In this document: positions 55,199-64,000 of the stretch, piece by piece | Numbering within the stretch: the first letter of the stretch is position 1 | Layout of the letters: the number at the start of each line of letters is the position of its first letter | Source of the DNA: Eledone cirrhosa | Lineage: Eukaryota | Direction: 5' to 3' | Assembly (NCBI GenBank): GCA_964016885.1 | Contig: OZ024741.1 | Span: 212,846,001-212,910,000, forward strand | Length of the DNA stretch: 64,000 bases | The notes under the pieces: model-generated | Databases searched by the model: none | Told to the model about the DNA's origin: nothing | The model's input: the letters and a program-made list of their open reading frames with translations, nothing else | Made by a program: the position numbers and the translations under genes

Positions 55199-56265
55199 AT
55201 AGCAGGTACCACTTCTGAAACCCACCGTCTCAGCAACTTCTTAGATATACTGCTTAAACCATTCCTGAAACATTAAAAGCTACATAGGGGACGACCTGGA
55301 TATGCTCAACCACCTCCCAATAACACTTAATAATGTACATACTCTACTAGTATCCTTTGATGTAATGAATCTTTATTCCAATATCCCACACAACCTAGGT
55401 ATAGAGGCAATCCAATTCTGGTTTGAAAATGACTCTAATGAACTTCCACAGCGCCTCTCTAAAGATGTTGTGATGGAAGCCCTCAAATTCATTTTGGAGA
55501 ATAACTACTTCGAATTCGATGCCAAATACTACAGACAGAAATCTGGGACTGCCATGGGCACGAAAGTAGCCCCCTCATACGCCAACCTTGTCATGGGATA
55601 TTTGAAAACCACTCTCTACCGAAAAGTTCTAGACAAATACGGAAACCCATTCTACCTCCACATAGAAAAAAAACTGGAATAGATATCTGGACGACTGCTT
55701 CATCCTCTGGCATGAAAGTATAGAAAGACTTATTGAGTTTAAAACATTTCTAAATGGACTCAACACAAACATTCAATTTACAACGGAATACAACCATGAA
55801 CAACTCCCTTTCCTTGACATCCTCATCAAGAAAACAAACAACAAAATATTAATTCTCTAAAAAGGGAAAACACATCTAGTCCCGGTCGGCCATTTGCCTC
55901 CTCAAAGAAGGAACGATTCCCAGCAACCTCGACTATAAAACAATGCTTCCACTGCTTCTCTTCAAAAACCATGTTTGTAAATAATATCATTTCCTCTTCC
56001 CCATTACCTCCATTACTTCCTCTACCATGTTTAACATCACCTTAATTTCTGTTCTACATTTTGTACAAATACAATTTCCTTCTTTTTTCTCTCCCACTCA
56101 CACAATTTGAAAATGCATGAAATGTTGAAACCGGTAATTGTTAATTAATAAATAAATTAATTAATGTTTTGACACTTCACCGAAAGAAAAATAATTTGTT
56201 TTAAACATTTTCTAACCCAGGAAAAATAAATAACGGCAAAAAGTATTTTTTTCTTCCTAATAATC

Positions 56266-56353
<88 letters not shown>

Positions 56354-56537
56354 AGGGAATGTAACTTGGAGTGTAATTTCATTTTTCCATTACCATTAAA
56401 AGGGGGCTTACGAGCCGCGAATTGCAGAGTCGGGTCAGATCGATACGGATCGAACTTTGAGCTGATCATTGGCGAAACGCACGTCACTAACCAATAAATG
56501 TAATTAAGTAGTAACCAATCGCCTTTGTTAATTAATT

Positions 56538-56573
<36 letters not shown>

Positions 56574-57082
56574 AGTGGAAGCTTAGTAAAATCTAAGCTT
56601 TGGCTGCGGCCAAGCAAACCGACCTACAATTAGGAATGAGTAGTTAGACAACAGACCTGGACAAATCGAACGATATTCTGCAATACGCCCGATATGTTTC
56701 TATGAATCCGCAATCCTCAATCTAACTTACATAATATGCAAGCTTGTGGTATTCTATGATCGAACAGGGGATTCACGTCATCGACAGGCATTTCGTTCTA
56801 TGCCTCAAACCAGTGTGGACAGCAACGCTGGACGACTGCTACAATAGGCAGCATTCAGTGTTTCGTTATCACGTGTTATTTCCAACAAGGGAAGTAAACC
56901 CCGGATTTTGGCGGGCAAATTCAAAGTGTGAACAAAGCAAAATAATTCCGTTCCATATTCCGAATGAAAAGCTCCCGACTAGACGTTATTAAACAAACAT
57001 AAATAATTAACAAATCAACAGAATTGTCTAATTAAATTAATTAATTATTAGGTCTAGGAGATAATAATACAAGTGGAAGTTA

Positions 57083-57133
<51 letters not shown>

Positions 57134-57735
57134 TTTGCATTACACGGCTCAGAAATATTCCCTTCTTTGAGCTATTTAATTGTAAAAGACTATTTCGAGT
57201 TTATAACTCAATATTTCATATTCACGGCTCCATGCGTTGAGCTAATTTTTAGTCCAATAAAACCGGCTGCTATTTTTAGCGGCACAGATATGAGACGAGT
57301 TAGTCGCTGGGACACACGTGCGTTCAACAACACATGTTTCTCTGTCTTCTTAAGTATTTTGAAGTGGAAGGTACCAATTTCTGGACACCTGCAGTAGAAT
57401 ACAAGAATAGGAACTTTCACTTAATTGTTGCGAAACAAATTTAAAATTTGTCAAACAGATTTAAAATGTGTCCGAGTATCACGGCCATTGCCAATATAGG
57501 TTTGTTATTTTTATTGATTTATTATTTTAAATCGAGACAGGCAAACCATATTATGTTAAATTAGTATTTTTCAACCAAGCTAACTTGGTCATATGCAATC
57601 CGAACACTTCTATAATTGTATAGATGTTCATCCCTCATATATTCATTTGTATTACACGGCTCAGAAATATTCCCTTCTTTGAGCTATTTAATTGTAAAAG
57701 ACTATTTCGAGTTTATAACTCAATATTTGATATTC

Positions 57736-57803
<68 letters not shown>

Positions 57804-57876
57804 AAATATAACAAAACACACACCACAGTACAATGAAAAATATGTGAATCTAACTGTTGATATAGTAGGAAAAGAG

Positions 57877-57912
57877 TCATAACGTTTCGGACACTGGTTC
57901 TTCATCAGATGA
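57877..57912 (-). ncRNA. Minimal PLE-type hammerhead motif
   Basis: tcat-CTGATGA-agaaccagtgtcc-GAAAC-GTT-atga. Loopless palindromic helix III (aacgtt). Confidence 0.6.
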
Positions 57913-58074
57913 TAGAATGAAAATTATTGATAAGTGTGAGATAGACTGATGGAATCTCCATCACTGTCAACGAATATTTCAGGTGATAAACGGCGTTCGG
58001 GTGCGAATTAAATTTGTGAACACAGGTTTCATTGTGTATATACATATATATGTTTATATAATATGTAAGGACAT

Positions 58075-58560
58075 TCACACTCACTCACTTACTCATTCGG
58101 TCGCTCATTCCTTCCCTCAGTCACTCACTCGTTCACTTTCACAACAACTCGTTCAATGACTCAGCCCCTTATTCACTCACTCACTTATTCGTTCAATCAG
58201 TCGATCATTCACTCACTCGGTCACTCACTCAGTCTCTCACTCGATCACTCACTCAGTCACTCACTCAGTCACTCACTCGATCACACACTCGATCACTCAC
58301 TCGGACACTCACTCGTTCACTCACTCAGTCACTCACTCAATCTCTCACTCAATCACGCACTCGATCACTCACTCAATCAGTCACGCGATCATTCACTCAA
58401 TCACTCACTCAGTCACACACTTCATCACTCATTCATTCACTCGTTCACTCATTCGATCACTCACTCAACCACTCACTCAATCACTCACTCAATCACTCAC
58501 TCGATCACTCACTCGATGACTCACTCACTCATTCACTCACACAGTCACTCACTCGTTCAG
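58075..58560. repeat. Degenerate (CACT)n tetranucleotide array with ~12-bp higher-order period
   Basis: tcactcactcgg / tcactcactcag / tcactcactcga / tcactcactcaa units. Confidence 0.9.
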
Positions 58561-58644
58561 GCCCACCTTTATATAACCATTTCTCAGGCAGGTTACATGT
58601 AGTTTGTACATTCCTGCTGGGGAGAAGGTCGTGTATTTATTATT

Positions 58645-59010
58645 TCTGGCAGTATCGGTAGGGTCTCTGACGCCATGCCTTACAGCATAGAGTTACGGCC
58701 ATTTGTGGTCTGAGTTCAAATCCCGCCGAGGTTAACATTGCCTTTCATCCCTAAGGGGTCGATGAAATAAAGTACCAGTAATAAACTGTGGCAATTGTTG
58801 GCCTTGTGCCAAAAGTAGAAACAATTATTTCCTTACACACGAACATTAACCATCTTAAAACTAAAAGAAAAATATTAAACAATTTAAATAATTGTTTCTA
58901 CTTTTAGCACAAGGCCAGCAATTACGGGATATGAACTCAGACCGTAAAGGGACATAACTATGCTGGAAAGCAGGGCGTCTGACAATCTACAGATACTGCC
59001 AATTCACCTA
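58645..59010. mobile_element. Convergent SINE pair (58645-58830 +; internally deleted 58890-59010 -)
   Basis: Match to the consensus. Confidence 0.8.
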
Positions 59011-59120
59011 AAAATGATAAAGGATTCCCAGTGTACAATTACTGATCATCAGAACGAGGAGACCTGTATGTTTTCCAGACCATTCTGTTAATCCATTTAT
59101 TTTTCTTCTATCTCATTTTG

Positions 59121-59181
<61 letters not shown>

Positions 59182-59336
59182 GTGTGTGTGTGTGTGTGTA
59201 TATATACACATGTGGAAGCTTAGTAAAATCGAAACTTTGTCTACGGCCAAGCAAAGTCGACCTACATTTAGGATATAATAGCAAAGCACTCAATAAGGTG
59301 GGCCCTAACAGTAATAGCATACGTTTACATAGCTTG

Positions 59337-59407
<71 letters not shown>

Positions 59408-59618
59408 GTGTAAAACTCATTCTTTCATGTATTCATTGAACCTTGTTTAATTCTTAAATATATATATATATATGTAAGTATGTTTTGAAACAGTGAACAG
59501 GTTTGAAATTAGAAAATAGAATAGCTTCCACCGTATTTTTGACTAAAGCAATTTTAGCCTGATAATGGGGTTTAGAACACTCAGATAAATGGAAAAAGAT
59601 GAGTATTGACGTACATGT

Positions 59619-59701
<83 letters not shown>

Positions 59702-59805
59702 ATATATGATATATATGATATATATGATATATATATATATATGATATGTTGATTTAAAACTGCACTATCCACAAGTGTTTTTTAGCCTTCATATCATGTT
59801 CTCCT

Positions 59806-59874
59806 GTTTTATCTGATGAAAACACAAATATTATTGCATGATGATGTTTGTTTTTGAAATGCGCATAATAAAAT
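59806..59874 (+). ncRNA. Type I hammerhead ribozyme motif
   Basis: ttttat-CTGATGA-aaacacaaatattattgcatgatgatgtttgttttt-GAAAT-gcgc-ATA-ataaaa. Palindromic atgcgcat. Confidence 0.72.
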
Positions 59875-60511
59875 ACATGGAACTCCTTTAACCATCTTTT
59901 GATCTTATATTATATATATATATATATAAGAAAATACATCAATATTATATATATATAAAAATAAAAAGGTAAAGGGGTAACCAAAGAGTTGGGAATACGA
60001 CAAATAATAAATAAATATATAAAGGTATAAATGTTTATAGTTGATTAGAGCACTCAACAAGTTCCTGGAGCAAATAATCAATGAAAATAAACATTAAATC
60101 ATTCTGTATGTAATTAAGCATATACATACACATATATACACGCACACACACAACCATACAAATACACATATATATATATACATGTATATACATATATATA
60201 TATACATATATATATACATATAGGGAAAAGTACGACCCCGACGGCAGAGCCCAAGCCGTCTCGACGGCTATTATATATATACACATATAAACTGGTGACG
60301 TAACTTTTTGTATATATGTGTGTGTATTTTTATTAAGCTGGTGACGTAACTTTTTGTATATATGTGTGTGTATATATTAGTGTGTGTGTGTGTATATGTG
60401 TATTTTTATATATAAAAATACACATATACACACACACACACTAATATACACACACACATATATACAAAACGTTACGTCACCAGCTTAATAAAAATACACA
60501 CACACATATAA

Positions 60512-60558
<47 letters not shown>

Positions 60559-60631
60559 TACATACAGATATATATAATACAATTATATACACACATACAT
60601 ATAGATACATATATATATGTATATATATACC

Positions 60632-60675
<44 letters not shown>

Positions 60676-61018
60676 TACACATATACACAACTCATACATA
60701 CACACAGAAATAAATATATATAAATAAAAAAGGTGAGCATGTAAAGGGTAAGATAGAAAGTAAGGGGGAATAAGGAAAATAAATAACATAGGAAATATGA
60801 GTAAATAAATATAGATTACAGAAAGTGAGTTCAGAAAGTAATAAAAATCGTATTGTTTGTAAGGCGTAGAGAGCAGAGTTCAAGAAGTTCAAGGTGGTTG
60901 AGTCATCGTAGGAATGTCAATCTAGTTACAGATCAGATATGATTTCAGGTGAGGACAACATCTGAAGATCTCGGTCTTGGAGTTATATGTACATATATAT
61001 ACATATATATATGTATAT

Positions 61019-61080
<62 letters not shown>

Positions 61081-61087
<7 letters not shown>

Positions 61088-62057
61088 TAAACAAATAATG
61101 AACAAACAATTCCTTATATTAAACAAAAAAAGTTCACTATTTAACGATCGTTTCTAGGGTATATATGTGTTATAATTGGTATGCATATTTAACAGATCTA
61201 TGTACAAAATTATACAAAATTATACAAATTATCAAGATTAAATATACATACCTAACTCATATATACGCCGTCTTCAGAAATAATGAAGTATATTTATTGA
61301 TAATAACAACAATTCAAAATATCAGTTCAAAATTGACCAATGAAAACACAAAGGGTTAAAAAGCAGTTTGGTGTGTGTATATAGATGTAAAAACCCTACA
61401 CACATTTTACAATAATGTGTGTATAATTTGTATGTGCATACTAAAAAGATGGATGCAAATAAAAAATTTCAAGGTTAATATCTCTGTAAGCTTAATGCGC
61501 TGATAAGATACGCAATGATACTTATGGAGTCAAGCATATAAATATATTTTTTTCATACTCACACATATCAGTATAATCACACATACATGTGCATATATAT
61601 ATAAATATACACATAACCACGAACACACAAACACACACACTCCCCCACTCACATTTATATATGTGGATATAAAATCATAAGCAAATAGAAATTAAGTCAC
61701 TCACATAAGAACACTGGTACACACATTTCAAGATCAAGATACAGAAATTAGGTGGGAGGGGGGGGGGAGGGGTCAGTATTAGGTTGTCAGACCAGACAGC
61801 CTAATATAAATGTATCTATAAATTATGAAAAATAAAAAAATAAAAACAATAAAATATAATACATATAATATAATGTACATACGCATACAGATATACATAC
61901 ACATACATACATGTACGCGCACATAGAGATATCTACACATACATACATACACACATACCTATACTGTCACACACACACATACATTTACACGAACATACAC
62001 ATACACATATAAAAAGATATAAATACAGACACACACACGCGCAACACATACACACAT

Positions 62058-62104
<47 letters not shown>

Positions 62105-62215
62105 TATACACACACACATAGACTCATATATATATACACATACACATACATACACTTATACACAAACATATATATCCCACACTCATACCACCATAAAAAC
62201 ACATACAAACACCCA

Positions 62216-62259
<44 letters not shown>

Positions 62260-62480
62260 ACATACACACACGTACACATATATGTATATATACATACATA
62301 TATACACACATACACATACATATATAGACACACACATAAAATACAGACATGCACATATATATATATATATATATATATATTTCATTACTCTTATATATAC
62401 ACATAGTATATATACATACACAACCTCACTTATACACATATACACATAAGTTATATTACAATAATAATAAAGAATAATAT

Positions 62481-62514
<34 letters not shown>

Positions 62515-62649
62515 ACACACATATACACATATACATACATACACATACATATACATACATACATACACATACATACATACACTTAAATATAAACATATAT
62601 AAAACACACATACGAATAAAGACATATATTCACACATAGACACCTATAT

Positions 62650-62685
<36 letters not shown>

Positions 62686-62772
62686 ATATACACACACATA
62701 CACACATATACACACACATATATATATACACATACACACACACGCACACACATACAGACACACACACACACT

Positions 62773-62809
<37 letters not shown>

Positions 62810-64000
62810 ATGTGAGTGTGCGCAAATACATATATATATACACACACACATACAAACACACACAAACACATACATATGCATACGTGCACACATACACACA
62901 TATATCACATAGATACGAAGATAAACATATAAATAGAGAGACATACAAATATATACAGAACCCATATACACATACATACAAACACGCATATACATATATA
63001 TACATATATACACATGTATATATTCCTATATACAAGCATACACATACACACACATATATACATATACATACACATATACATACCACACATTTACATACAC
63101 GTACATATATAATACATATATATACATATATATACATACATATGTATGTACAATCATATATACACACTCAATCTTACATTCATATTTACATGCTCATATA
63201 TGTATTTTTATATATTTAGAAATAAATACCAAAAAACTATATAGACACCCATCTACACATATATTCATACATATACACTTACAAAAACAGATGATAATAG
63301 TATGGGGGAAAGGGGGGGTTTGGAGAAGGGGATCAAAGTAAATATATGTTTCAAGAAACATATAATATTTTCCATATCTTAATTCAATGTATGTTCTTAC
63401 ATATTTTCAGTGCTAGGAAATACGAAATCTATGCATCACAAAATAAAAAAGTATACCATTAATCATATGTCAACTAAACCAAAGATAGTCAACATATTGA
63501 TTTCCAAGGTGTAAATTAGTTAGGTTTATAATATTTGAAGCAGAATTATGAAGTCAAACAATAGTAGATTATTAATTACATTATAACTAAATTAAAGTTA
63601 ATAACGTTATGGTATCAATATTAGGAGATGAATTTAGTAATAGGGAAAAGAAACCCAAATAAAAATAAAATAAAGTATTACATCGGTAGTAGCATATAAA
63701 TTATATGTTAACTAAGTTAAAAATTATATATTTATTTCAATAGTATATGTTAATTAGTATATGTTAATTAGGTATACAATACATAAAGCAGATATTGTAT
63801 TTCATCAATAGCATAATATAATTATATGCAAATAAAAATCAAAATTAATACGCATACATATACATATACATACACATACACATACATATACATATACATA
63901 CACATATATATATATATATATATACATATATATACACACATACATACATATATAGTCACATAAATATACATACAGATACACATACAACACACACATATAC
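61081..64000 (-). mobile_element. Diverged copy of the PLE 3' region; continues beyond the window
   Basis: Collinear with 42349-44850 (same terminus aaatattaaacaaataatgaa, gatcaagatacagaaattaggtgggagg, acagatgataatagtatgggg). Hammerhead at 61133-61287. Preceded by (TA)n. Confidence 0.9.

Larger units (their letters stand above)
52190..55850 (+). mobile_element. Older, frameshifted Penelope-like RT fragment split by the RTE insertion (52190-52604 and 55199-55850)
   Basis: EADKGSAVVLM, KLRPIIA|GTTSETHRLS, LVSFDVMNLYSNIP, GTAMGTKVAPSYANL, RYLDDCFILW, LPFLDILI. Confidence 0.88.

Noticed and set aside
58156-58602. 148-aa His/Ser/Leu repeat protein
   Set aside because: Product of the (CACT)n array; no splice or domain evidence.

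Overview
AT-rich, repeat-saturated animal DNA. The dominant tRNA-derived SINEs and the (TA)n/(CA)n load resemble an octopus genome (recalled, not searched). I found no intact host gene. The window holds: (i) two tandem, defective R4/Dong-like RLE LINE copies plus a 3' fragment, all in (TAA)n tracts (1-6040, minus); (ii) a decayed CR1/L2-group LINE (33278-36875, minus); (iii) a 5'-truncated Penelope-like element (PLE: RT, CxCx5C linker, C-terminal GIY-YIG) whose 3' 3.8 kb is duplicated in inverted orientation, forming an ~8.5-kb foldback (42349-50847), with a diverged relative at 61081-64000; (iv) a young RTE LINE with an open 854-aa frame inserted into an older PLE RT; (v) about 25 SINE copies, including a head-to-tail cluster. 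The least obvious signal is a set of about ten distinct type I hammerhead-ribozyme motifs read by eye. Several have long helix II inserts and palindromic helix III. Most sit in short modules next to (TA)n, and many of these modules are inverted-duplicated. Coordinates were read manually and may be off by a few bases.
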